From Nitrospiraceae bacterium (lineage in GTDB: Bacteria; Nitrospirota; Nitrospiria; Nitrospirales; Nitrospiraceae), in contig JBFWWG010000001.1 in the NCBI GenBank assembly GCA_050246315.1, forward strand, positions 480,001 through 544,000: DNA of 64,000 nt, written 5' to 3'. The position numbers were made by a program, and so were the translations under genes. Each line of letters opens with the position of its first letter. Position 1 is the first letter of the stretch. The notes under the pieces were generated by a model. The model did no database searches. It had not been told where the DNA came from and saw only the letters and a list, made by a program, of their open reading frames with translations. This document shows positions 1-10,001 of the stretch, piece after piece.

Positions 1-1
1 C

Positions 2-253
2 CTGATCGACGCCCGCGGCAGCGAGCCGACGGACGTCGCAACCTTCGAATGGCTGCGAAGCGTGAACCTTCCCGTGATCGTCGTCCTGACGAAAATCGAC
101 AAGCTGAAGCGAGGGGAGCGACGGGCCTGCGAGGAGGCTGTCCGCGAAACTTTTGCATTGACCGGCGCCGATCCGGTGATCCTGTGGTCATCTGTCACGG
201 GGGAAGGGCGGATCGGTCTCTGGCAGGCGATCTGCGAGAAGGTCAGAACTTGA
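2..253 (+). CDS. engB: GTP-binding protein EngB/YihA, C-terminal part (runs off window start)
   Basis: LIDARG...PVIVVLTKIDKLK (G4 TKxD) and WSSVTGEG (G5) motifs. Confidence 0.85.
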   Translation: MIDARGSEPTDVATFEWLRSVNLPVIVVLTKIDKLKRGERRACEEAVRETFALTGADPVILWSSVTGEGRIGLWQAICEKVRT

Positions 254-1268
254 TTTCGATATAGGCCTTATTCTTCAGATCGGCCATCCAGGATTGAAAC
301 AAATCCTCGTTCTTTTGCGCGTAGACGAGGTTTTGGATCTCGGCCTTGACCGCATCGAATGGACGAAACTGTCGGGGCTTCCGTTCTTCCACGCGGATAA
401 TATGGAAGCCTTCCGGTGTTTCGATTGCGTCGGTCGTTTCTCCCGGATTCATGGCGGCGAGGGCTCGCTCGATCGGGGGCTGCAGTTCTCCTTGGCGGAC
501 GAGCCCTAGGAGCCCGCCACGGGTGGAGTTCTCGCCGTCCGAATATTGAAGCGCCAGTTCTTCGAATTTTCCGCCACCCTTCAGCACAGCCAGGACCTTC
601 TCCGCCCTGGCGCGAGTCTCGACGGGAGTTTCGAAGCTGCGCGGACGGATCAAGATCTGGCTCAGGGTGTACTCCTCGGGAAGCGCAAATCGGCTTTCGT
701 GTTCCTTGAAATAGCGGTGCATCTCCGTCGCGCCGACCGTAATGCCGCTCCGGACTTCGCGATCAACCACTCGCATGAGGATCAACTGCTCCTTGACGGC
801 TTGAAGATAGCGGGGATCGCTTTCCTTGACCTTCTCACCTTGCTTTTTCAACTCGGCGAGGGAGAGCCGCACCTCGGCGTCTGCGACCTCGACACCCTTG
901 GATTTGGCCTGCTGAAGTTGCAGCTTGCGTTCGATCATGCGGGTCAGGCCAATGTGGTGTGCCAATTGAAGCCGGCGCTCGCGCTCCTCGCCGTGAAATT
1001 GCTGCGAGATCCGATCAAGATCCGGCTGAATTTCGTCCAGCACCTCGCTCAAGGTGATGACCTCCGAGTTGACGATTGCGACGATTCGGTCTTGCATCCG
1101 CGCGCCGAGTCCCGGAAGCGCCGTGCACATTAACGAGAGCAGGAGCCAGGTGGCCAGCGCGGACGAATACCTGAGGCACAGCAATGAAGCTCGGCCGGAT
1201 GAGGGAAGCTGCTCAGCGGGCCGGTACAGATGTCTCAATCGCATGGCAGAATCACAGGGAACAATCAC
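243..1268 (-). CDS. surA: SurA-like peptidyl-prolyl isomerase/chaperone (true start may be downstream of 1268)
   Basis: DRIVAIVNSEVITLSEV SurA N-domain; parvulin motif FEELALQYS...GGLLG...TPEGFHII. Confidence 0.85.
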   Translation of the reverse strand: MIVPCDSAMRLRHLYRPAEQLPSSGRASLLCLRYSSALATWLLLSLMCTALPGLGARMQDRIVAIVNSEVITLSEVLDEIQPDLDRISQQFHGEERERRLQLAHHIGLTRMIERKLQLQQAKSKGVEVADAEVRLSLAELKKQGEKVKESDPRYLQAVKEQLILMRVVDREVRSGITVGATEMHRYFKEHESRFALPEEYTLSQILIRPRSFETPVETRARAEKVLAVLKGGGKFEELALQYSDGENSTRGGLLGLVRQGELQPPIERALAAMNPGETTDAIETPEGFHIIRVEERKPRQFRPFDAVKAEIQNLVYAQKNEDLFQSWMADLKNKAYIEIKF

Positions 1269-1356
1269 CCGACCTCATTCAAATAGGAGATGATACCGGA
1301 TTGGAATGGCGTAGAAAACCGGGAATGCCGAAACGGGGGTGGAAGGCGGCTAGGGG

Positions 1357-2319
1357 TCAGCGTCTGACCGCGGCGGTGGATTCACGCGGCGGCTCAGTCA
1401 GATGGTGGGCGGCCGTCGAATACCGGATCGTTGCGGTTTTCTTCAATTCCGCGACGAGATCGTCGAGACGCTGCCGGCGCTTTTCGTTCAAGAGTTCTTG
1501 CCGGAGCCGTTCCCGAATGGCCAGATCCGCCTGGATTGTCTCCTGGTCGAGTGTCTCGACTTTCACCACATAGTAGAGGTCGTCGATCTTCACAGGGTCG
1601 CTGATCATCCCTGGCCTGAGCGACAAGATGAGCGACTCGAGTTCGGGCCGGGCCGTCCCCTTGCGAAGGGGGCCCAAGTCGCCCCCCTTCGTGCGCGTCG
1701 CCTGATCCACCGAAAAGCGGACGGCCAGCTTTCCAAAATCCGCCCCCTCGGCCAGCATGCGCCGAATGTCCTTCGAGGCGAAGATGTTGGCCGAGACGAT
1801 CACGCCCGCCCGCACTTTGGCGGGCAAGAGCAGTTCATGGGCGTGGGAGGCCAGGTACGCGTCCACTTCACTCTTGGACACTTCCACCGAGGTCTTGACC
1901 CGCTGCCGGACCAACTCGTCGAGAATGAGTTTTTCGCGGTACTGGTGGGTCCGATCGCGGATCGATTGGCTTTGATCGAGCCCCAGTTTCTTCGCTTCCT
2001 GCATGAAGAGTTCGTGGGTGATTAATTCCTCCAGAAACTGCCGTTTACCGCCCGCTCTTTCGTAGCGGGCGCGCGTTGCCTGTGCCAGTTCCTGCCAGCG
2101 GTAGTCAAATTCTTCTTGTGTGATCATCCGCCCATTGACGATCGCGACGACCGGTGGGTCGCTTGAAGCCGGCTGGCACCCGGTGACACCGAGGCCGATC
2201 AGCCCAAGCAGACAGGCGTATATGAGCGGCCGGCCCGTGAGCGACCATCTCGTGACGGACGCCACACACCAGACCGCCTTCGCCGCCTTCGTCGAGTTCC
2301 CCGACAATGCTCTGTTCAT
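1357..2319 (-). CDS. PpiC/parvulin-type peptidyl-prolyl isomerase, lipoprotein
   Basis: VTGC lipobox, VVAIVNGRMIT, FGKLAVRFSVD...KGGDLG; sits between mfd and surA. Confidence 0.85.
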   Translation of the reverse strand: MNRALSGNSTKAAKAVWCVASVTRWSLTGRPLIYACLLGLIGLGVTGCQPASSDPPVVAIVNGRMITQEEFDYRWQELAQATRARYERAGGKRQFLEELITHELFMQEAKKLGLDQSQSIRDRTHQYREKLILDELVRQRVKTSVEVSKSEVDAYLASHAHELLLPAKVRAGVIVSANIFASKDIRRMLAEGADFGKLAVRFSVDQATRTKGGDLGPLRKGTARPELESLILSLRPGMISDPVKIDDLYYVVKVETLDQETIQADLAIRERLRQELLNEKRRQRLDDLVAELKKTATIRYSTAAHHLTEPPRESTAAVRR

Positions 2320-2350
2320 GGAAGATTAGTCGTCCAAGCGGGAGAGGACT

Positions 2351-5300
2351 TCACCTGCGAGGTACTGGTTCACTGGTATCACAGCCCTGGAGGGTTTGCA
2401 AGGAGAGGTTCAATTCCGGAAACAGGGAAGCCCACTCGTCGGTCGGCATCTGAATCTCCACCGAGGTGGGAGTGAGGAACCGAAGCCGCCGGTCGTATCG
2501 GTCCATCAAGGCCTGGACGCCGCGCTCCGGAGGCGAGGCTTTGGGGAGGAAGGACAGGACGACCGCTTGGTGGATGATCTCAACCGACGCAAGCCGGAGG
2601 ACCTTGGCCAGGGTGCGAATCTGCATCACCTCAAACAGGCGTTCGACGGCGTCCGGCAGTGCGCCGTAACGATCCTGCACCTCGCTGTGGATCAAGGCCA
2701 GCTCTCCGACCTTGGAGCAGGAGGCAAGCCGCTTGTACAGCGCCAACCGCTGATGGGCATCGGTCACGTACTCTTCGGGAATGTAAGCCGAGACGTTGAG
2801 GTGCAAGGTCGGGTCCGGCTCCTCCTCGATGAAGTCCCCCTTCAATTGATGCACCGCCTGTTCCACCATGCGCAGATACAGATCAAGTCCGATGGCCGCG
2901 ATATGGCCTGACTGCTGGCGCCCCAGGAGGTTGCCCGCTCCCCGGATCTCCAGGTCAGCCGCGGCGATCCGGAACCCGGACCCCAACTCGGTGAACTGCT
3001 GAATGGCGATGAGCCGTTTCTGGGCATCCGACGTCAATGCGCCTTCGTCGGGAACGAGGAAGTAGGCATAGGCTTGCTGTCCTCCTCGTCCGACGCGCCC
3101 GCGCAGTTGATAGAGCTGGGCCAGACCGAACGTGTCGGCCCGGTTGACGATAATGGTATTGGCGTTCGGAATATCCAGACCCGATTGGATAATGGCGGTT
3201 GCCAGCAGCACATCCGCCTCGCGGTGCAGGAATTTCAGCATCACGGATTCGAGCAACCGACCATCCATCTGTCCGTGCGCCATGACCATGCGGGCCTGAG
3301 GGACGAGCTGCTGAAGCCAACTCCCGGTCTTCTGCAGTGTTTCGACGCGATTGTGGACGAAGTAGACCTGGCCGCCGCGGCCGAGTTCGCGGACGATGGC
3401 GTCGCGTACCGCGGTCTCATTCACGCGCACGACCTCCGTCCGGATCGCCAACCGTCCGGCAGGAGGAGTTTCGATGATCGAAAGATCGCGGACTCCCGAC
3501 ATGCCCATCTGCAATGTGCGCGGGATCGGCGTCGCGGTCAGAGTAAGGATATCGACCTGTGTGCGAAGCTGCTTCATCCGCTCCTTATGGCGGACGCCGA
3601 ACCACTGTTCTTCGTCGATGATCACGAGCCCCAGGTTGCGGAAGGTTACGTCCTTTTGAAGCAGGCGATGGGTGCCGATGATGACGTCGATGGCGCCCGT
3701 GGCGAGGTCGCGAAGAATCGCCTTCGCCTCCTTCGGGCTTTGGAAACGCGAGAGCAGGCCCACCCGCGCCGGGAAGGGGGCGAATCGTTGCACGAAGTTG
3801 TCGTAGTGCTGGTGCGCCAACAGCGTGGTCGGCACGAGGACGGCGACTTGTCGATTGTGTTCCACCGCCATGAATGCCGCCCGCATGGCGACTTCGGTCT
3901 TGCCGTATCCCACGTCGCCGCAGACCAGTCGATCCATCGGTTTTGTGGACGCAAGGTCCCGTTTAATGTCGTCGATCGCCCGCAATTGATCGGGTGTCTC
4001 CTCGAATTCGAAGGCGGCCTCAAACTCGTGCAGCAGCGTCGTCTCCCCGTCGTAGGCCCCGCGTTGCACCACCTCCCGGCTGGCATAGAGCTCCACCAAC
4101 TCGTGCGCCATCTCTTCGATGTCCTTCTTGACGCGCGCCTTGGTTTTCTCCCAGGCCGTTCCTCCTAGGCGGTCAAGTCGTGGGGCGCTGCCCTCCGAGG
4201 CAATATACCGTTGGACCTGGTTGAGTCGGTCGAGCGGGACGTAGAGCGTGTCGTTGCGGGCGTATTCCAGGACGAGATAGTCGCTCTCGAAATCCTGGAC
4301 GGCCAAACGCTTGAGGCCTCGATAGCGGCCGATCCCGTATTGGACATGGACGACATGGTCGCCCTCGTGAAGCTCCTCCAGTGAGGATAGGAATGCCGCG
4401 GTCTTGCTCTTGGGAGGCGGTTTGTGACGAGCGCCCTTGGCGAAGACTTCTTCCTCAGTGATCAGGGACAGACCCTCATCCCCTCCGATGAATCCTGCCG
4501 ACACACCTCCGTCGAGAATGTAGAAAGGGAGTTTCTGTCCTGTGAGGGACCAAGCTGTCGGCGTCCAGCGTGCGGCTGGGAGATCGTGTTCGGCAAACAG
4601 GGCAATGAGACGGTCGACTTGTGCGCGCGACCGAGCCACCAAGATGACGAAGCCGGCATCGCGCAGGCGGTCCAGGAGGGTCAGGGTTTCGATGAAGGGC
4701 GTGCCCCGGAGCCCCAGGCCGGTACTGGCTGGGCTTTGCGCGGGGAACTCCACGACCGGCTCGCATGCCGGCCCGGGTGCGACGACAGACTCCAGCATGA
4801 GCTTGGGCCAGTCTTGCGCCTGTTCCAGGAGGTGTTCCCATAGGCAGTACTGACGATCAGGGGTCGGATAGGATTCCTGTTGCCCCGACTCACTATGGCG
4901 AAGATACTCATCCTCGATCGTCTTCCAAAAAGACCCTGCGGCGTGTGCGAGAGCCGCCGGCTGATCCTGGATCAGAATGGGGGGGCTGTCGAAATAGTCG
5001 AGGAGCGTGTCCATCCGGGGATACCACGAAGCCGCTCGCCATTCGGCATCCGGGTCCAAGGGATGTAGGGAGTCGGGGTCGTCTCCGGGCAAGATGGCTT
5101 CGCGGGCGGGAAGAATCCAGGCCTCGCGGCGCTTGGCCGAGGAGGTTTGCGATTCGATCTCGAAGCAGCGAATGGAATCGATCGTGTCTCCCAGGAACTC
5201 GATCCGTAGGGGGTCGTCATAGGCGGTGGAATAGATGTCGACAATACCGCCACGAATGCTGAACTCTCCGGGAATCTCCACAACCGAGGCTTGGCGATAA

Positions 5301-5815
5301 CCCAGTCGAAGGAGGCGGCCGACCAGATCCTCTCGCCCGAGCGTCTGGTTGAGGGCCAACGACAGGATACTGGTACGGAAGAGCTCGCTCGGCAGCAACC
5401 GCTGGAGAATCGCTTGGCTGGAGGTGACCAGTAACGTAGGGTTGCCTTGTGACAGATGGAGGAGGGCGCGCATCCGTTTCGCGATGACCTGCACATGCGG
5501 AGTCGAGGCCTGATAGGGAAGCAGTTCCCAAGCGGGAAACAACGTCAACTGTTCGGAAGGCAGGCCGAGAAGGTCGTGAAAGAATGACAGGTCATCGAAC
5601 AACTGTTCCGCCGCTTCCTGACTGGCGGTCACCAAGACCCAGGAGCGAGGCAGATGTTCTTGCCGAGGCTCGGGGTTCGTGAGAAGCGTGAGGAGAAAGG
5701 GCGCTCCTGACCCGATGAGGCCCGTGAGGCAGGGGGTCCGAGTTCCGTCCGCCAGTGCTTCTCGGATGGGTCGGAGCAGGTCGTTCCAATACCGGATGTG
5801 AAATGATTCAGACAC
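2351..5815 (-). CDS. mfd: Transcription-repair coupling factor
   Basis: UvrB-like N-terminus, CarD-like RID (GDHVVHVQYGIG), GDVGYGKT, DEEQ, QLRGRVGR, TRCF C-domain. Confidence 0.98.
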   Translation of the reverse strand: MSESFHIRYWNDLLRPIREALADGTRTPCLTGLIGSGAPFLLTLLTNPEPRQEHLPRSWVLVTASQEAAEQLFDDLSFFHDLLGLPSEQLTLFPAWELLPYQASTPHVQVIAKRMRALLHLSQGNPTLLVTSSQAILQRLLPSELFRTSILSLALNQTLGREDLVGRLLRLGYRQASVVEIPGEFSIRGGIVDIYSTAYDDPLRIEFLGDTIDSIRCFEIESQTSSAKRREAWILPAREAILPGDDPDSLHPLDPDAEWRAASWYPRMDTLLDYFDSPPILIQDQPAALAHAAGSFWKTIEDEYLRHSESGQQESYPTPDRQYCLWEHLLEQAQDWPKLMLESVVAPGPACEPVVEFPAQSPASTGLGLRGTPFIETLTLLDRLRDAGFVILVARSRAQVDRLIALFAEHDLPAARWTPTAWSLTGQKLPFYILDGGVSAGFIGGDEGLSLITEEEVFAKGARHKPPPKSKTAAFLSSLEELHEGDHVVHVQYGIGRYRGLKRLAVQDFESDYLVLEYARNDTLYVPLDRLNQVQRYIASEGSAPRLDRLGGTAWEKTKARVKKDIEEMAHELVELYASREVVQRGAYDGETTLLHEFEAAFEFEETPDQLRAIDDIKRDLASTKPMDRLVCGDVGYGKTEVAMRAAFMAVEHNRQVAVLVPTTLLAHQHYDNFVQRFAPFPARVGLLSRFQSPKEAKAILRDLATGAIDVIIGTHRLLQKDVTFRNLGLVIIDEEQWFGVRHKERMKQLRTQVDILTLTATPIPRTLQMGMSGVRDLSIIETPPAGRLAIRTEVVRVNETAVRDAIVRELGRGGQVYFVHNRVETLQKTGSWLQQLVPQARMVMAHGQMDGRLLESVMLKFLHREADVLLATAIIQSGLDIPNANTIIVNRADTFGLAQLYQLRGRVGRGGQQAYAYFLVPDEGALTSDAQKRLIAIQQFTELGSGFRIAAADLEIRGAGNLLGRQQSGHIAAIGLDLYLRMVEQAVHQLKGDFIEEEPDPTLHLNVSAYIPEEYVTDAHQRLALYKRLASCSKVGELALIHSEVQDRYGALPDAVERLFEVMQIRTLAKVLRLASVEIIHQAVVLSFLPKASPPERGVQALMDRYDRRLRFLTPTSVEIQMPTDEWASLFPELNLSLQTLQGCDTSEPVPRR

Positions 5816-5829
5816 GGGATCCGGAAAAC

Positions 5830-6321
5830 CTAGGATGGTTGTGAGCGTATTTTCTCTACTAGCGCGGTGGTCGAAACGCCGGGGACGAGCGGGATTGCGA
5901 GGACGCGCCCACCGCGATCCTCCACGATTTCTCGTCCGACGATCTGTTCTGGCTTCCAGTCCCCCCCCTTCACCAGCACGTCGGGTTGGACCGCCCGAAT
6001 CAATCCATAGGGGTCCGGCTCGTCAAACAGCACGACATAATCGACGCACTCGAGGGCGGCTATCACCTCCGCCCGTTGGGACTCGGGCACAATCGGGCGC
6101 GCCGATCCCTTCTGGAGGCCTCGGACGGAACGATCGGTGTTCACTCCGACTACCAACACGTCCCCCAATCCACGTGCGGCCTGTAGGTATCGTGTGTGCC
6201 CCACGTGCAGAAGGTCGAAACAACCGTTCGTAAATACGATATGCGCGCCGGCCCGCCGCTTGAGATCGAGTTCCCGCACCAGCTCCGCTTCTGAGAAGAC
6301 CTTTGCGTTCATGGACGGCAT
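5830..6321 (-). CDS. rfaE2: D-glycero-beta-D-manno-heptose 1-phosphate adenylyltransferase
   Basis: VFTNGCFDLLHVGH, KGGDW, STT motifs. Confidence 0.93.
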   Translation of the reverse strand: MPSMNAKVFSEAELVRELDLKRRAGAHIVFTNGCFDLLHVGHTRYLQAARGLGDVLVVGVNTDRSVRGLQKGSARPIVPESQRAEVIAALECVDYVVLFDEPDPYGLIRAVQPDVLVKGGDWKPEQIVGREIVEDRGGRVLAIPLVPGVSTTALVEKIRSQPS

Positions 6322-6349
6322 CTTACCGAGAGTCGGTCTGGAATCCTAG

Positions 6350-6448
6350 CCCACCATATTCCTGACCGTTTCTGCTGCAACCGCCCTGCAATCCGTGTGA
6401 GCAAAGAGCAACGGGTGAATCGTCACGAACCGTCATGAACAATACGAG
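6350..6448. mobile_element. Short degenerate MITE copy (CCCACATTATTCATGA-type termini)
   Basis: CCCACCATATTCCTGACCGTTTCTGCTGCAACCGCC ... CGTCACGAACCGTCATGAACAATACGAG, flanked by CTAG on both sides; matches the ends of the copies at 37108 and 48887. Confidence 0.6.
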
Positions 6449-6521
6449 CTAGAGGTTTTCCGACTTGTCGTAACTTGTAGCGGAGGGAACCCCGCGTCCT
6501 CTGTCGAGACGATGTCGTTGG

Positions 6522-7244
6522 TTACTCGACGTCGGCCAAGATTTCGAAGGGGAGCCGCAATTGGCCGAGCGGGTCCGCATGTGATGAGACAAGGTCGGGC
6601 TCTTGTTGCCAAGGAGGATTGGGATCAGTCTTTTCTCGGTGCTCGGCCGAGCCGGTGTGGATGCCGATCTGTTCAGGAGCTTCTTTCAAGGGCCCATGGC
6701 ATAAACCGCAAACGTGGCGGCGGGGGTGGATGGTTCGTTTTCGGCGACAATAGATCTCCCCGCATCGCTGGCATCGCCAGGCATATCGTGCTAGGCTCCG
6801 TACCCCATTTGACAGGGAGTGGTAAATGGTAATGCCGAGGAGCCCCTGTCGGTTGATCTCCTTCATCTTTGTTCTAAAGTCGGGGCCGTGGTCGGCCCGG
6901 CGCATGAGAATGTCGTATTGCCATTGATGGATCATCTCGTGGGCCAATGTATTAAGGACGACCCGTTCCCGACTCACTGGTCCGCGCGGAAGCTCCAGGA
7001 GCAAGGGCAGCGACAGTCGGATGCAACGTCGAGCAAGGTCCGGCATCGATTGTGTCGATGCCTCGGTCCGGGGGCCCATCCAATTCATAAAGAGGCCCAA
7101 GGAAGAAGTCAGCCGTCTGCTCCACTGGATAGGGATCGGCGGGAGGCATCCGTCAAAATAGAGGCGATTCAACCGGTTCCAGCAGTCGAGGACATCAAAT
7201 GTTTCAACGAGGACCCGAGGTGTTTCCCGACGTAGGCTGGACAT
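6522..7244 (-). CDS. SprT-like zinc metalloprotease
   Basis: LAHEMIH (HExxH), HGPDF, C-terminal CxxC...CxxC. Confidence 0.85.
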   Translation of the reverse strand: MSSLRRETPRVLVETFDVLDCWNRLNRLYFDGCLPPIPIQWSRRLTSSLGLFMNWMGPRTEASTQSMPDLARRCIRLSLPLLLELPRGPVSRERVVLNTLAHEMIHQWQYDILMRRADHGPDFRTKMKEINRQGLLGITIYHSLSNGVRSLARYAWRCQRCGEIYCRRKRTIHPRRHVCGLCHGPLKEAPEQIGIHTGSAEHREKTDPNPPWQQEPDLVSSHADPLGQLRLPFEILADVE

Positions 7245-7511
7245 TTACGCAAACACCGAATGTGAGAGTGTAGGATACATCCTTCAAATTTACACTGGTG
7301 AGAGCCCAAGGATCATTTTTTTCTGACCCTTTCGAGTGAAACTAGCATTTCCAGGGGGTTGATCCCTTTCTCGAGATATCGGTAGAGTAGGTGCCTATCG
7401 AGAGTGATTGAACCCGACGCCTCGACCTGGTTGGGGACCTTCAGGAACACCGCCCTGGGACCGGAGTTGACGAATAGCACATATGGTACCGACAGAGGAG
7501 GACAGAAACAG

Positions 7512-9206
7512 ATGAGCAGACAATCAACGGTACTGCGAATTATCCACACAGTGGCCGCCCTGAGTGTCATTGGATTGTTGACAGCATGCGGAGGAGGCGA
7601 CGACGGGGCTCCTCCTGTCCCACCGACGATCCAGACAACCCTCTTGCAGCCTGCCGATGTAGGGTTGGGCTATTCTGCGACACTGAGCGCCGCCGGCACC
7701 GGGCCATTCACCTGGACGAGAACGAGCGGAGCACTGCCGGCGGGACTGAATTTGGCTACAGATGGTACGGTCTCCGGAACGCCCACGAGTCCCGGCCCAT
7801 CTTCATTTCAGGTTGAGGTGACCGGACCCGGCGGCAAGGACGGTCCTACAAACGTACAGCTCTTAGTCCGTGACAAGGTGTATCCGGCCTCTGTGAACAG
7901 TTCCGGGGCTCAAGGAAACGGAGACAGCGGGTTCAGCCTTCCGCCATCCCGGATCGGCGGTACTCCAAGTTTTAGCCGGGACGGTGGTTACGTCGCCTTT
8001 GAATCACTCGCCTCTAACCTCGTTCCCAACGACACCAATGCTCTGAGAGATATCTTTGTTCATGACCGTCAGACCGGGCTGACAGCAAGGGTCTCGGTGG
8101 CAACAGGGGGGGCTGAATCATTGGGAGGGGCCAGTCAGAATGCCCGCATCACTCCGGATGGCCGGTTCGTGGTTTTCGATTCATTTGCGACCAATCTCGT
8201 TCCCGGCGATACCAATGCAAGCAGCCAAGGCGGGGGAGGACGGGACATATTTGTCCACGATCGAAACAGCAGCACCACCGAGCGGGTCACACTGAACAGT
8301 GCAGGGGATCAAGGGGTCTGCAACGCGCTCCCTGCAGGGGGAGTCGAGTGTAATAGTTTCAGCGGAACGATCAGCGCAGACGGACGGTACGTCGCGTTTT
8401 CTTCCTATGCTCAGAATTTGGCCAGCGGAGTCAATACCTTCTCGAACGTCTATGTTCGTGACCGTCAGAGCCGAACGACGACACGCATCTCACTCGGTGC
8501 GCAACCCAACAACAATACGAACGGCGATAGCCTCGGTGTGATGATCAGCGCCGATGGGAATTATGTGGTCTTTCAATCGGAGGCAAGCGACCTCGTCACG
8601 GACAACCTCGTCGCAGACACGAACGGGGTGTCCGACATTTTCGTCTGGTCCCGGGCGACAGGAAAAATTACGAGGGTATCAACCGGTCCAACCGGAAGTC
8701 TTGCTAATTTGGCCAGCTCTCAACCTTCGATTAGCGCCAACGGCCAGTTGGTCGCCTTTTCGTCTTTGGCTAGCGACCTCGCGACCAACGACAACAACGG
8801 CCAACAGGACATCTTTGTGAAAGCCTGGCAGCCGACGGGTACGGGAACCATCCAACGGGTCTCTGTTGATGTCAGCGGTGTCGAAGGAAACGGAGAGAGC
8901 GCCAATCCGTTCCTGAGCCCGGATGGGATTTTAGTGGTGTTCGATTCGCTCGCATCCAATCTCGTGCAGGGAGCCGCCACAAACGGCAACCGACAAGTGT
9001 TCGTCGCCAACCGAGCCTTCAACACCACCGGGGGGGCCTGGATGAAGCTCATGTCGGCGAGCAGTGCCGGTCTCGATGGCGATCAAGACAGCCGATTCGG
9101 CGCAATCAGTGATGACGGCCGGTTTGTCGGCTTCAGCTCCTTTGCGACGAATCTTTTTGCCGGCGATACGAATGGTTTTGGTGACGTGTTCGTCGCACAA
9201 CGATAG
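7512..9206 (+). CDS. Lipoprotein with putative Ig (He_PIG) domain and TolB/PD40-like beta-propeller repeats
   Basis: AGGAGG RBS, LTAC lipobox, GALPAGLNL..GTVSGTP, repeated ISADGRYVAF/NLVxxDTN/DIFVHDR units. Confidence 0.85.
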   Translation: MSRQSTVLRIIHTVAALSVIGLLTACGGGDDGAPPVPPTIQTTLLQPADVGLGYSATLSAAGTGPFTWTRTSGALPAGLNLATDGTVSGTPTSPGPSSFQVEVTGPGGKDGPTNVQLLVRDKVYPASVNSSGAQGNGDSGFSLPPSRIGGTPSFSRDGGYVAFESLASNLVPNDTNALRDIFVHDRQTGLTARVSVATGGAESLGGASQNARITPDGRFVVFDSFATNLVPGDTNASSQGGGGRDIFVHDRNSSTTERVTLNSAGDQGVCNALPAGGVECNSFSGTISADGRYVAFSSYAQNLASGVNTFSNVYVRDRQSRTTTRISLGAQPNNNTNGDSLGVMISADGNYVVFQSEASDLVTDNLVADTNGVSDIFVWSRATGKITRVSTGPTGSLANLASSQPSISANGQLVAFSSLASDLATNDNNGQQDIFVKAWQPTGTGTIQRVSVDVSGVEGNGESANPFLSPDGILVVFDSLASNLVQGAATNGNRQVFVANRAFNTTGGAWMKLMSASSAGLDGDQDSRFGAISDDGRFVGFSSFATNLFAGDTNGFGDVFVAQR

Positions 9207-9232
9207 GTAACGATGTAGGCTAGTGTGTTTTG

Positions 9233-9269
9233 GCCGGTGGCCTCCAAGGGGGCCACCGGCTTTTTTATT
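9233..9269 (+). terminator. Rho-independent terminator
   Basis: GCCGGTGGCCTCC/GGGGCCACCGGC stem followed by TTTTTTATT. Confidence 0.85.
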
Positions 9270-10001
9270 GGGTTCTTCAGGCTTTCGTGTGGGTAGCGAG
9301 GATAGCCCTTGTCGCCTCGGCTGACGAAGGCCGGGCGTCTCCGGGCCTTGCCCTGATGCGATGGTGTCGCCGCCCTCTTCTCATGTCGTCCTGGTGGTCG
9401 CCGCGCCTCTGAGGCCGCGTCGGAGCGCGAAGCCGGCGCGGCGACACCCGAGCCCGGCACCTGACTGGCTTGCGCCCGCCCGGGCCGCGGCCCTCCGCGC
9501 GCCGCCCTTCCAGCCTCGCCTCACGCCTGTCCCGGGGAGCAGAGCGAGGGAGGCCCGCTCGCATTGCCGGAGGATCGGGGCCCCACCGAGGGCACGGCAG
9601 GAAGGAAAGCTGGACCTGGCCGATGCCCCACGGTCGCCAGACCGTGGCGGAGCGAATTCCAGAAGGGTTCCGCCTGCGGAGCCCCGGACGGGTCGATCCG
9701 GGAGGCGCGAGAGCGGGCGTCCCCTCGCCCGCGCCGAGGGTGTGGGTTTTACAAGCAACCCACCCGATTTCCGGAAGATCCTTTTATTGGCGGTGAACGT
9801 CTGTCATCGAGCTGGCCGACTGCGGTCAGTCCAACCCCATCGTCGTGCCTCCTGTCCTGCAGGGATTCAGGTCATCCTCCCGAGGGAATGCTGACACCTC
9901 CACGGTATAGACGGTTCGGCGGCTTCATAGGACAGTAGCCGCATGCATTGTGAAAGAGACCCGAAACTGTGCATGTCGTACCAACGGGATGGAGGAAACA
10001 C

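Noticed and set aside
9277..9760. IS5-like transposase remnant (ARRRP...GDKGY and GRQTVAER fragments)
   Set aside because: The two fragments are on opposite strands, with no continuous frame or terminal repeats; could be chance in GC-rich DNA.
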